A stretch of 63,182 bases of DNA, the filler included, from Chiloscyllium plagiosum (lineage: Eukaryota), in the NCBI RefSeq assembly GCF_004010195.1. It is 4 parts of one record of this genome, joined end to end, with 100 filler letters (N's around TTAATTAATTAA, not from the genome) between each part and the next. Parts side by side here need not be neighbours in the genome. Positions count along the whole stretch, not along the records: positions 1 to 19,177 come from NC_057712.1; positions 19,278 to 30,407 come from NC_057712.1; 2 more parts are not named here. One strand, written 5' to 3'. The position numbers and the translations under genes were made by a program. The notes beneath the pieces are model-generated. The model had not been told where the DNA came from. It did not search any database and saw only the letters and a program-made list of their open reading frames with translations. Positions 13,181 through 24,696 of this stretch are shown in pieces. How positions within the stretch are numbered: the first letter of the stretch is position 1; every line of letters starts with the position of its first letter.

Positions 13181-13376
13181 TCAGACTCATCTCAAAGGCT
13201 GCTGAATGGTTGGCAAGTGGACTCTGGTGAAGCACTTACACAGAGGATGCACCAATCAGTGTTAATTGACAGTTAACTGTCAGGCTTTCCTTAAATTTTA
13301 AACCAGGTAGCTTAAGTACAATTGGTCAGGGTATTACCCTGAGAAATGAGCCAGTGAATGGCAACTACCTATTATT

Positions 13377-13590
13377 AGAGTGGTGCTGGAAAAGCACAGC
13401 AGGTGAGGCAGCATCTGAGGAGCAGGGAAAAAATAAATCGCCATTTTGGGCAAAAGCCCTTGATCAGGAATACTTCTACCTGAAACATCAATTTTCCTGC
13501 TCCTCGGATGCTGCCTGACCTGCTGTGCTTTTCCAGTACCTCTCTAATCTTGTCTTTAATCTCCAGCATCTGCAGTACCCATTTCTGCCA
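13377..13590. mobile_element. Family A fold-back (head-to-head inverted) copy
   Basis: 13377-13440 is the reverse complement of 13490-13545; degenerate hammerhead on the minus strand at ~13436-13471. Confidence 0.75.
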
Positions 13591-13690
13591 ACTACCCATT
13601 ATGTTGAGTTGACACAGGCACACTATGGTCTACGAGATTTATGAGTGCAAAGAACAGAGCTCTGTTTATTCATGAAAGTACCTTCTTGCA

Positions 13691-13894
13691 CAGGTCATTC
13701 TGGGATAACGAGTGTTTCGTCAACACAAATTGGCTAATTGTTGGGGTAATGCAAACTTTCTACCGAATGGGTATAGCAATTTTCCATATCGATCTTTTAT
13801 GGCGTGATTTTCTAAAGCAGTTTTCCATAGTACGATTTTCTATAACATGAGGCCGAATAGAAATGCAACTGTCACCTTATACCAGAATGCCCTG
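13691..13894. mobile_element. Tigger/pogo-like MITE (~204 bp)
   Basis: Imperfect TIRs CAGGTCATTCTGGGATAACG / CCTTATACCAGAATGCCCTG followed by TA; related to 27784-27999. Confidence 0.65.
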
Positions 13895-14004
13895 TACACA
13901 CAAAAGTGCTACATTGTGAACCCAAGTAAAAATGCCAAGATGATTGACACTCTAAATCTTTTGAGAATTTTGTTTAAAAGGTGATTTCTAATGTTATAAC
14001 AGCT

Positions 14005-14120
14005 CACAAAAACCCAAACAACTGCAGACACTGGAAATCAGAATCAAAATCAAACTACTGGAAAAGCTCAGCAGGTCTTGCAGCATCGGCAGAGACATCA
14101 AGCCTTCTCCAGTTCTGAAG
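14005..14120 (-). mobile_element. Penelope-related mini-element fragment (family C)
   Basis: ctggaaaagctcagcaggtc..gcagcatc, shared with 18370-18468 and 24081-24297. Confidence 0.6.
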
Positions 14121-14124
14121 TTCA

Positions 14125-16030
14125 CTAACACTTCACTTGATGGAGAGGGATAAGTGTGCACTACAGGGCAAGAGTTATAGCTGGGGGCAGGGAAAGTATG
14201 ATGCAGGGAGGCATGACTTAGGATGTGTGGCTTGGAAAAGTAAGCTTCAAGGCAAGGGTGTAATTAATATGTGGAGCTTGTTCAAGGAGCAACTATTGAG
14301 TGTCCTTGATAAGTATGTACCCATCAGGCAGGGAGGAAAGGGTCGTGTGAGGGAGCCGTGGTTTAACAAGGAATTGGAATCCCTTGTTAAATGGAAGAGG
14401 GCGGCCTATGTAAAGATGAAGCGTGAAGGTTCAATTGGGGCGATTGAGAGTTATAAGGTAGCCAGGAAGGACCTGAAGAGAGAGCTAAGAGCAGCAAGGA
14501 GGGGACATGAAAGGTCCTTAGTTGATAGGATTAGGGAAAACCCTAAGGCTTTCTATAGGTATGACAGGAATAAAAGAATGACTAGGGTAGGAATAGGTCC
14601 AGTCAAGGATAGTAGTGGGAAGTTGCGAGTGGAGGCTGAAGAGATTGGGGAGACACTGAATGAATACTTTTCGTCAGTATTCAATCAGGAACAGGACATT
14701 ATTGTCAATGTGAATACTGAGTCACAATTAAGTAGAATGGATGGCTTTGAGGTATGTAGAGAAGAGGTGTTGGAAATCCTGGAAAAGGTGAAAATAGATA
14801 AGTCCCCTGGGCCTGATGGCATTTATCCTAGGATTCTCTGGGAAGCAAGGGAGGAGATTGCAGAGCCATTGGCCTTAATTTTTATGTCCTCGTTGTCTAC
14901 AGGAGTAGTGCCAGAAGACTGGAGGATAGCAAATGTGGTTCCCTTGTTCAAGAAGGGGAATAGGGATAACCCTAGTAACTATAGGCCGGTGAGCCCCACT
15001 TCTGTTGTGGGCAAAGTCTTAGAGAGAATTGTAAGGGATAGGATTTATGAACATCTGGATAGGAATAATGTGATCAAGGATAGTCAGCATGGTTTTGTGA
15101 AGGGCAAGTCGTGCCTCACAAACCTTATTGAATTCTTTGAAAAGGTGACGAAGGAGGTTGATGAGGGGAAAGCGGAAGATGTGGTATATATGGATTTTAG
15201 TAAGGCGTTTGATAAGGTTCCCCATGGTAGGCTACTGCAGAAAATACGGAGATATGGCATTGAGGGTGAGTTGGAGGTTTGGATTAGGAATTGGCTGGAT
15301 GGAAGAAGACAGAGGGTAGTAGTTGATGGCAAAGTTTCTTCATGGAGTGCCGTCACTAGCGGTGTTCCGCAAGGATCTGTTTTGGGACCATTGCTGTTTG
15401 TCATTTTTATAAATGACCTGAAAGAGGGGTTAGAAGGTTGGGTGAGCAAGTTTGCAGATGATACGAAAGCCGGTGGAGTTGTTGACAGTGAGGAAGGATG
15501 TGGCAGGTTACAGCAAGATATAGAGAAGCTGCAGAGCTGGGCAGAAAGGTGGCAGATGGAATACAATGTAGCTAAGTGCGAGGTGATTCACTTTGGGAAG
15601 AATAACAAAAAGATGGGGTACTGGGCTAATGGTCGGATACTTGGTAGTGTGGATGAGCAGAGGGATCTTGGTGTCCATGTACACAGATCTCTGAAAGTTG
15701 CCACCCAAGTAAATAGTGCGGGGGATGACCGTGAGAACCTTTTTCCACGTATGGAGTCAGCTATTATGAGGGGGCATAGCTTTAAATTAAGGGGTGGTAG
15801 GTATAGGACAGATGTTAGGGGTAGGTTCTTTACTCAGCGAGTCGTGAGTTCATGGAATGCCCTGCCAGTAGCAGTGGTGGACTCTCCCTCATTTTGGGCA
15901 TTTAAGCGGGCATTGGATAGACATATGGAGGATAGTGGGCTAGTGGAGGTTAGGTGGGCTTGGATCGGCGCAACATCGAGGGTCGAAGGGCCTGTACTGC
16001 GCTGTATTCTTCTATGTTCTATGTTCTATG
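14125..16030 (+). mobile_element. Young 5'-truncated CR1 LINE with a 632-codon open RT frame and an internal deletion near 15720
   Basis: [55 protein letters not shown] motifs; (TTCTATG)n tail at 16009-16030. Confidence 0.95.
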
Positions 16031-16049
16031 ATTGAAATCTTTCACATTC

Positions 16050-16600
16050 ACAGGTCAGACAGAAGCTAGGTATCATGCAGTGTAACTCACCTCCTGACAG
16101 TGTCCGTTTATCATCCATCAAGCAGATTGTGATGGAATACTGCCCACTTGCCTGGATGAGTGCAGCTCTAACAATATCAAGAAGCTTGACACCATAGAGC
16201 ACAAAGCAACCCGCTTGATTTGAAACATATCCTCATTCACTTTATCCACCAGCAGCAACGATGAGTACCATCTAGATACACCCCAGAAATTCTCCAAGGC
16301 CCCGTAAACAGCATCATCTGAACCACAACCAATACAATCTAGAAGAACATGAGCAACAAGACCACCTGCAAGTTTCCCTCAAGCTGCATGTCATCCTGAT
16401 GCACAAGTACATTCCTTCAGTGTTACGGAGTCAAAAATCCAGGAACACTCTTACTCCTGGCATTGCGGGTGTACCTTTAGCAAATAGACTGCTGCAGTTC
16501 AAGACAGGGGTTCACCATCAACTTCTCAAGCCTAACTAAGTCCAGAGAATAAATGGCAGGCCAGCCAGTCATGTCCATATTCCATTTCTTTTTTAAAAAA
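16050..16600 (+). mobile_element. 3' fragment of a second LINE family (L2/CR1-group, probable Deu-SINE partner)
   Basis: gtgatggaatactgcccacttgcctggatgagtgcagc...aagcttgacaccat; similar copies at ~23200-23730, ~33395-33510 and ~35780-36280. Confidence 0.65.
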
Positions 16601-16789
16601 ATGACAGAACTGTCACTTGCAAAATGGTTTTCAACACAGCATGACTAGACCAGCTCTGAGCACTTCGATGTAGTGCCAATTTCCTCCTTTACCCAGTAAC
16701 CCTGCACACCATCTAAAATTCGTGAATTCTCAAATGAATGTGCCTCCATCACACTTGTATTTCAAACACTGAAAACTTATGAGACTGCA

Positions 16790-16975
16790 TGGTGGCTCAG
16801 TGGTTAGCACTGCTGCCCACAGTGCCCAGGCACCTGGGTTCAATTCCACCTTGGGTGACTGTCTGTGTTGACTCTGCAAGTTCTCCCCACGTCTGCATGA
16901 ATTTTCTCCCACAGATCAAGATGTCCACGTTTGGTGGATTGGCCATGGGAAATGTGGGGTGACACGGAGAGGGTA
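16790..16975 (+). mobile_element. HE1-type SINE, 5' part
   Basis: A box ggtggctcagtggttagc and B box gggttcaattcc. Confidence 0.8.
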
Positions 16976-17329
16976 TGTAACGTTCACTACAGGAGTTGGG
17001 ACTTGATGGTACAGCTGTACAAGACATTGTTAAAGCCTGCGTTCAATTCTGGTTGCCCTACTTTAGGATATTATTAAATTGGAGATGGTGCAAAAGTGAT
17101 CTGCCAGGATGTTGCTGGGATTAGAGGGTTTGAGTCCTAAGGATAGGCTGCGACCTTTTTCTCTGGAGCGTAGGAGGCTAAGGGAATGACCTTACAGGGG
17201 CTTATAAAATCATAAATAGCATAGATAAGGTCCCCAGTGTAGTGAGGTCTGAAGCTGGAGGCATAGGTTTATGCTGATTACCCTAAGATTTAAAAAGGAA
17301 CCCTAGGGACAACTTGATCCACAGAGCAT

Positions 17330-18230
17330 AAAATTGGAGGTGTAGTGGACAGCGAAGAGGGTTACCACACATTACAACAGGATCGTGACCAGATGGGCCA
17401 ATGGGCTGAGAAGTGGCAGATGAGAGTTTAATTCAGATAACTGCGAGGTGCTGCATTTTGGGAAAGCAAATCTTACCAGGACTTATACACTTACTGGTAA
17501 GGTCCGAGGGAGTGTTGCTGAACAAAGAGACCTTGGAGTGCAGGTTCATAGCTCCTTGAAAGTGGAGTCTCAGGTTGATAGGATAGTGAAGGCGGCATAT
17601 GGTATGCTTTCCTTTACTGGTCAGAATATTGAGTACAGGAGTTGGGAGGTCATGTTGCGGCTGTACAGGACATTGGTTAGGCCACTGTTGGAATGTTGCG
17701 TGCAATTGTGGTCTCCTTCCTATTGGAAAGATGTTGTGAAACTTGAAAGGGTTCAGAAAATATTTACAAGGATGTTGCCAGGGTTGGAGGATTTGAGCTA
17801 TAGGGAGAGGCTGAACAGGCTGGGGCTGTTTTCCCTGGAACGGAGGCAGAGGGGTGACCTTATAGAGGTTTATAAAAGCATGAGGGACATGGATAGGGTA
17901 AACAGGCAAGATCTTTTCCCTGGGGTTGGGGAGTCCAGAACTAGAGGGCATAGGTTTAGGGTGAGAGGGGAAAGATATAAAAGAGACCTACGGGGCATCT
18001 TTTTCAAGCAGAGGGTGGCATGTGTATGGAATGAGCTGCCAGAGGAAGTGGTGGAGGCTGGTACAATTGAAACATTTAAGAGGCATCTGGATGGGGTATA
18101 TGAATAGAAGGGTTTGGAGGGATACGGGCTGGGTGCTGACAGGTGGGACTAGATTGGGTTGGGATATCTTGTCGGCATGGACGGATTGGACCGAAGGGTC
18201 TGTTTCCATGCTGTACATCTCTATGACTCT
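17330..18230 (+). mobile_element. HER1-like CR1 3' fragment
   Basis: ORF 17448..18107 (LYRTLVRPLLECCVQLWSP...WNELPEEVV); tail ctctatgactct. Confidence 0.9.
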
Positions 18231-18369
18231 AAATGGAACGAGCTGCCAGAGAAAGTGGTAAAGGCAGGTACAATTACAACATTTAAAAGTCATTTGGACA
18301 GGTGCATGAAAACGAAAGGTTTAAAGAGATGCAGATCAAATGCAGGCAAATGGGACTAGTTCAGTTTAG

Positions 18370-18468
18370 GAAACAGAAATAAACTGCTGGCAAAGCTCAG
18401 CAGATCTGGCAGCATCTGTACAGAGAAATCAGAGATAATACTTTGGGTCCAGTAACCTTTCCTAGAAC
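18370..18468 (-). mobile_element. 99-bp family C mini-element with 9-bp TSD
   Basis: TSD tcagtttag at 18361-18369 and 18469-18477; its 5' end is a decayed hammerhead-like sequence. Confidence 0.7.
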
Positions 18469-18522
18469 TCAGTTTAGAAAACCTGGTCAACATGGGCAAG
18501 TTGGGCTGAAGGGCCTGTTTAA

Positions 18523-21500
18523 GACCATAAGACATAGGAATGGAAGTAAGGCCATTCGGTCCATCAAGTCCACTCCGCCATTTAATCATAGCTGATGGGC
18601 ATTTCAACTCCACTTAGCCGCATTCTCCCCGTAGCCCTTAATTTCTTGTGAAATCAAGAATTTCTCAATCTCTGCCTTGAAGACATTTAGTGTCCCAGCC
18701 TTCACTGCACTCTGTGGCAATGAATTCCACAGGCCCACCACACTCTGGCTGAAGAAACGTCTCCGCATTTCTGTTCTGAATTGACCCCCTCATTTTAAGA
18801 CTGTGCCCACAGGTCCTAGTCTCCCCGCCTAACAGAAACAATTTCTTAGCGTCCACCCTTTCCAAGCCATGTATTATTTTGTAAGTTTCTATTAGATCTC
18901 CCCTTAATCTTCTAAACTGCAATGAATACAATCCCAGGATCCTCAGCCGTTCCTCGTATGTTAAACCTTCCATTCCAGGGATCATCCGTGGGAATCTCCG
19001 CTGGACATGCTCCAGTGCCAGTATGTCCCTTCTGAGGTGTGGGGCCCAAAACTGAACACAGTACTCCAAATGGGGCCTAACCAGAGCTTTATAAATGCTC
19101 AGTAGCACATCGCTGCTTTTATATTCCAACCCTCTTGAGATAAATGACAACATTGCATTTGCTTTCTTAATCACGGANNNNNNNNNNNNNNNNNNNNNNN
19201 NNNNNNNNNNNNNNNNNNNNNTTAATTAATTAANNNNNNNNNNNNNNNNNNNNNNNNNNNNNNNNNNNNNNNNNNNNGTGTCCTCAATTATACCCACAAA
19301 CTCCTGCCATTTTTGCTCTACTGTCTTCCCTGCTCGGCTCTGCTTCCAGTCGATTTTCGTCAGTTCCTCTCTCATGCCCTCATAATTAACTGTAAAACCA
19401 TTATATCCGATTTTGCCTTCTCTTTCAAACTGCAGACTGAACTCTACCATATTATGATTGCTGCTTCCTAAGTGTTCCCTTACTTTAAGATTTTTTATAA
19501 AGTCTGGTTTATTACATAGCACTAAGTCCAAAATAGCCTGCTCCCTTGTGGGCTCCATGACAAGCTGTTCCAAAAAGCCATCCTGTAAGCATTCCAAGAA
19601 TTCCCTTTTTTTGGATCCACTGGCAACATTATTTACCCAGTCCACCTGCATATCGAAGTCCCCCATGATCACCGTGACCTTGCCTTTCTGACATGCCTTT
19701 TCTATTTCCCGGTACATGTTGCACCTCTGGTCCTGACCACTGTTAGGAGGTCTGTACATAACTCCCATTATGGTTTTTTTGCCTTTGTGGTTCCTCAATT
19801 CCACCCACACAGACTCCACATCATCCGACCCTGTCATTCAGTGCTATAGATTTAATTTTGTTCTTAACTAACAAGGCCATCCTGGCCCCTCTGCCCACCT
19901 CCCTGTCTTTTCGATAAATTCTTGGATGTTTAACTGCCAGTCCTGAACCCCCTGCAACCATGTCTCTGTGATGCCTACCACATCATAATCATTCACGATG
20001 ATCTGTGCCGTTAGTTCATCTACTTTGTTACGAATGCTACGAGCATTCAGGTAAAGTGCCTTAATGCTAACATTATCATTAGAGATACTGGAAGTCACAA
20101 GATGTCCTAGATTATCCTTCCTTTTTGTTGCATTCCTAATCTGCCTCAAGGTTAAATCCACCTGCATACATGCTATCCTCCTGCTTATCTTTCCATTTAA
20201 CTCCATACTCCCTGTCGCTTTCACTTTCCCTTCCCCCCCAACTCAGAAGTTTAAAGTCCTACTGACCACCCTATTTATCCTCTTCGCTAGAACATTGGTA
20301 CTTGATCGGTTCAGGTGGAGACTGTCCCAACGGTACAGATCCCCCCGGTTCCAAAACGGATGCCAATGCCCCATGAAGTGGAATCGCCCATTCCCACACC
20401 AATCCCTTAGCCACGTGTTTACTTCCCTAATTTTCTTATCCCTATGCCAATTGGCACGTGGCTCGGGCAGTAATCCGGAGGTTATGACCCTTGAGGACCT
20501 GTACTTCAATTTCCTTCCTCATGCTTGATAACCCCCAAACAGGTCCTCCACCCTAGCTTTGCCTATGTTGTTAGTTCCAACGTGGACCACAACAACTGGA
20601 TCCTCCCCCTCTCGCTCCAATATCCTTTCAAGCCGGTCAGAGATGTCCCACACCCTGGCACCGTGCTGGCAACACACCATGCGAGACTCCCGATCCAGCT
20701 TGCATAGGATACTATCTGTCCCCCTAATTATAGAATCCCCTATAACAACTACTTGTCTTTTTGCTCTCCCCCCTTGAATGGCCTTCTGCACCATGCTGCC
20801 GTGGTCAGCTGGCTCATCCTGTCCAGAGCCCTTTTCCTCATCCGTATAGGGAGCAAGAATCTCATACCTGTTGGACAAGGTCAAGGGCTGAGGCTCCTGC
20901 ACTCCTGAACTCAAGTTCCCCCTGCCGGCCTCACTAACAGTCACACTCTGATGTCCCTGATCACTAACTGAATGTGAATTACTTAATCTCCCACGTGTGA
21001 CTGCCTCCTGAAACAAAGCGTCCAGGTAACTCTCCCCCTCCCGGATGTGCCGCAGTGTTTGAAGCTCAGATTCCAGATCATCAACTCTGAGCCGGAGTTC
21101 TTCCAGCAACCAATACTTGCTGCAGATGTGGTCACTGCCATTCACAATGGCTTCAGCCAGCTCCCACATCATACAGCCACAGCACATCACCTGCCCAGCC
21201 ATCTCTGCTTAGTTATTTACTTTATATAGGTTTGAGTTAAAATACTTTCTGATACCTCTCTGCTATAGTCTTTTTCTAAAAACCAATCAATAGATAAACC
21301 ATAAAAAAGTAAAATATTTAACCATTCACTGATAAAGAAATAGAAATTCCTTACCTTAACAAACCAGAGTCCTATTTTTGGTTGGGGGGGGGGGGGGGGG
21401 GGGTGGGGGGGCACAACACATGTAGTGTCTCGGGTTCAGCGACTGCCCAGATTTATTACTGGCAGTCCCCTGGTCATCACTCCCGCTTTTCCTACTTATT

Positions 21501-21640
21501 AATTAGGTTAGAGGAGGAGGGTGGGTGGGAGACACTACTGTAGTAAGAGTCTCTGGTTTAGCCGCCTTTCCTTTCCGGCTGCCCCTCCGGTCCACATCAG
21601 TTCCTCCACTACCCCCGCTCCTTCTCCGCTGCTGCTCGCA
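18523..21640 (-). mobile_element. Near full-length CR1 LINE (5' UTR, ORF1, APE, 3' end; RT core falls in the gap)
   Basis: ORF1 20519..21202 plus 20243..20509 with Cys/His motif, coiled coil and SGNH motifs (VVIGDS, VHVGTNN, DSLH); APE YLNARSI, GITETW, YRPP, MGDF; C-terminus at 18665..19174. Confidence 0.93.
19178..19277. other. Scaffold gap: 44 N + TTAATTAATTAA + 44 N (artificial linker)
   Basis: Identical 100-bp structure at three positions in the window. Confidence 0.97.
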
Positions 21641-21722
21641 CTTTCCATGCTGTATACCTTTATGACTAAGAAATTAAAAACCAGAGGAAGGAAAACATGG
21701 TTCTTGGAATATTTTACCTTAC

Positions 21723-21900
21723 CTTTAAGGGCTGGTAGTTTCTGAAGTTCTCGGTTTTTTGCTAGGTTGAAGCGAGATGAGCTTTGACGTCTCTCTTTCT
21801 TCACAATCTGCGGCCCTCCAGAGTATTTGATTTTATTGAGTTGGGTTTGAGGTGGAGCACTGTTACTGGGACGTTTATTTGCACCTGGCTGCTGCTGGAC
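21723..21900 (-). CDS. PPP2R5D: PP2A regulatory subunit B56-delta, coding exon equivalent to human exon 3
   Basis: [59 protein letters not shown] closely matches B56-delta; ttggtttgttgcag|GTC acceptor, AAAG|gtaagg donor; 178 nt, phase 0 to 1. Confidence 0.93.
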
Positions 21901-22489
21901 CTGCAACAAACCAAAATCTTTTCATTTCCCGATTCCACAATAAGATCTGAAACTTTACTTCTACCCTAATGGCCATTTTTCAACAGCACACTTGAGGTCA
22001 CTGGGTAAACCAGTGTTCATCAAATAGATTATATAGACTACAATCAGGCAATTTTACTTATACATGATTTACACTAGACAAAGTGCAGAAGTTCACATCA
22101 GTATAGAGTAAACCAAAAAACACAAAAACAAGCACAAATACTAGCCAGAATATTCTGCGAGCAGGAAGTATGAATACTAGTTTTCTGTAGAATCCTGTAC
22201 TAGTTTTCATCCTTCTCCCAACTCCTAGAATCTAACATGTCAAAATAAGTTGTCCTGCAATGCTAACATATCTTTTTGTTTTGCAAACTTGTTTCCTTCT
22301 CCTGAACCCCTCATAATCACAAAACTTTTACTCCCCACCCCTCCAAAAGAAAAAGTCTTCTCAACAGTCCTGGTTCTTCAATTCACCAAGACACTGGTCC
22401 TAGCACAGTTCACGTCAAATCCATCAGACCTGAAAGCTCTCTCTGACCCCAGCTGTGGTGTCAGTGCACCTGCTGCCAAGTTGCTGGAA

Positions 22490-22770
22490 GCACCAATTAT
22501 TATGGTAGCATACAAAAGGCCAACATTTTTTTTCCAGTTGTCGTTGGTGTCACCCTGTGGAAATTTGCTTATAGTCCTCATTTCATACTCAAACACCTTT
22601 GGAATCTTCAAGTGTTCCACTGGTCTTCTTGCTCCAGCAAGCTCCCTATACAGCATATCCTGAAGAATATGCCCGTTCTCCAACCTGCAATCCAGCTCAA
22701 GCCAGTGAATTGACTTGTCCATGACGAATGCTTGTACATTTTGGAGTGTCGCTTTAAGAGAGAACAGTCA
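22490..22770 (-). mobile_element. RTE-clade LINE 3' fragment
   Basis: HWL...RLENGHILQDMLYRELAGARRPVEHLK resembles the RTE C-terminal R..DGRIPK.ILYGEL..G.R..GRPK motif. Confidence 0.65.
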
Positions 22771-24080
22771 AATTAGTAATTTTTGCTCTTCATCAAGATG
22801 CTAAGGATGGACTGAAACAAAAGAATTTAAAATTGTTGAACTTCATTTTTGATAGCTGAACATTATCCATACTTTACAGCTACAGAAGAAAATGCCAAGG
22901 ACACAGGCCTCATTAAAAACAACTTGCCGTTAACAGTCAGCTTACTGCCCTGAATGCCAACCAAAGATTGTAGTTGCTTTCTCTACACATCATATTCTGC
23001 ATATAGTCAAATTGCTACTGTAAACCCAAGGTAGCAATACTTGCTAAATACTTCAATGGGGTGGGTTTAAGGTGATGAAGGGAGATGTTACACCCAGTCC
23101 CATAATTGATATTCTCATTTTATGGTTAAGGAGAAAAAGTTAGTCTTTGTAAAGGATTTTTTTGTGCAAGTGACTTGCATTGCATCAGTGTGGGAGTTCT
23201 CTGATCAAGATCAAAGAATCCTGTGGTAAATTACTTTATGACTCCTCAGTGTTTGTCCATCATCCACAAGACACAAGTCAAAAGCGTGATAGAATGCTCT
23301 CCACTTGCCTGGATAAGCGCAGCTCAAACAACATTCATGAAACTTGACACCATACAGGATAAAGCAGCCCTATTGATTAGCACTAAATCCACCAATATTC
23401 ACTCTGTCCAACACTGACGTCAATAGCAGCAATGTTTACAAGATGCACTGCAGAAATACAAAGCTCCTGCAATATCAACTTCCTAACCCACAACTTCCAC
23501 CGCATAGATATACAAAGACAGCAGGTGCATAGGAACATCACCACATGCAAGTGTCTCTGCAAGCCACATTGTATTGCTTTGCAAATATATTGCTATTCCT
23601 TCACTGCTACCAAGTTAAAATTCTGAAACTCCCTTCCTAATGGCCCAATGGGTATCCCTGCACCCAAAGGACTGCAGCTAATCAAGTAGGCAGTTTCTTC
23701 AAGAGCATTGAGGGGTGGTTAATAAATAAGCTTTGACCATGGGATGTGGGTGTTATGAAGAAACATTTTAAAAACATACTGTATTGTTGATTTTGCTTTC
23801 AGTCTGGGCAGACTGAAGTGCTTACTCATTGGCTCCATATTTTAAGAGAAGACAAAAATCAGGAGCAAGAAGAAAACTTCAAAGAATATGGCATCTAGAT
23901 ATGCCCATACTTCACTCAACTTTTTACTGTGAAGCTGTTGAAAGGGGGTACTCTCAAGCTATAGAGACCTCATTGTCATGGAAAGATTAGAAGCAGCCAT
24001 GGAGTTTGTGAAACCAACAGGTAAACCACGAACTTACTAACTGGCAGAACAGTCTTGAAGAGCTGAGTGGTCTACTCCTG

Positions 24081-24297
24081 TTTAAAAAAACCCAAAAGAA
24101 CTGCGAATGCTCTAAGTCAGAAACAAAAATGGAAATTGCTGGAAAATCTCAGGTCTGGCAGCATCTGTGAAAAGAAATCAAAGTTCATGTTTTAGATCTG
24201 TTGAGAGGAAGGGTCACCAGATCCAATAAGTTAACTGATTTCTCTCCACAGATGCTGCCAGACCTGCTGAGCTTTTCCAGCAACTTCTGTTTTTGCA
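24081..24297. mobile_element. Family C fold-back element with 10-bp TSD
   Basis: Inverted arms (ttgctggaaaatctcaggtctggcagcatctgtg / cacagatgctgccagacctgctgagcttttccagcaa); TSD tctactcctg at 24071-24080 and 24298-24307. Confidence 0.8.
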
Positions 24298-24401
24298 TCT
24301 ACTCCTGCTCCTAGTTTTATACTCAAATAGTGGACAGCCAATTTTCTCCAAAATTTTGTTCAGTCCAACTCTGATAATGGCCATGAATATGATGTCAAGG
24401 T

Positions 24402-24696
24402 GGGCAGCACAGTGGCACAGTAGTTAGCACTGCTGCCTCAGTGCCAGAGACCCGGGTTCAATTCCCACCTCAAGCGACTAACTGTGTGGAGTTTGCACAT
24501 TCTCCCAGTGTCTGCGTGGGTTTCCTCCCACAGTCCAAAAATGTGCAGGTTAGGTGAATTGGCCACGCTAAATTGCCCATAGTGTTAGGTGAAGAGGCAA
24601 ATGTAGGGGAATGGGTCTGGATGGGTGGCGCTTCGGCAGGTCGGTGTGGACTTGTTGGGCCAAAGGGCCTGTTTCCACACCAAGTAATCTAGTCTA
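24402..24696 (+). mobile_element. Full-length HE1-type SINE
   Basis: tRNA head with A/B boxes, central tgtgtggagtttgcacattctcc body, CR1-derived tail gggcctgtttcc...aatctagtcta. Confidence 0.88.

Larger units (their letters stand above)
16990..21668 (+). mobile_element. Old host CR1 3' fragment split by three later insertions
   Basis: Pieces at 16990-17328, 18231-18369, 18469-18520 and 21644-21668; the tail gggcctgttt|ccatgctgtatacctttatgacta is rejoined across the 18523-21640 insertion. Confidence 0.7.

Noticed and set aside
19222..19233. TTAATTAATTAA palindrome recurring at 19222, 30452 and 56852
   Set aside because: Always centred in a 44N/44N gap and gives stops in all six frames: an assembly linker, not biology.
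20243..21202. SGNH/GDSL esterase as a host or horizontally acquired gene
   Set aside because: It is the ORF1 esterase domain known from CR1-clade LINEs and sits directly upstream of APE; repeated at ~9000-9726 and ~58116-58640.
21500..21570. HDV-like ribozyme at the CR1 5' end (CCTCCTC run on the minus strand)
   Set aside because: I could not form the P1, P3 and P1.1 pairings downstream of the pyrimidine run.
21535..21909. 124-aa ORF as a standalone gene
   Set aside because: Only 21723-21900 is the PPP2R5D exon; the remainder is intron and CR1 5' UTR read-through.
24402..24470. tRNA gene
   Set aside because: The A/B boxes belong to a SINE head followed by SINE body and LINE tail; no complete cloverleaf. 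The same applies at 16790 and 56455.
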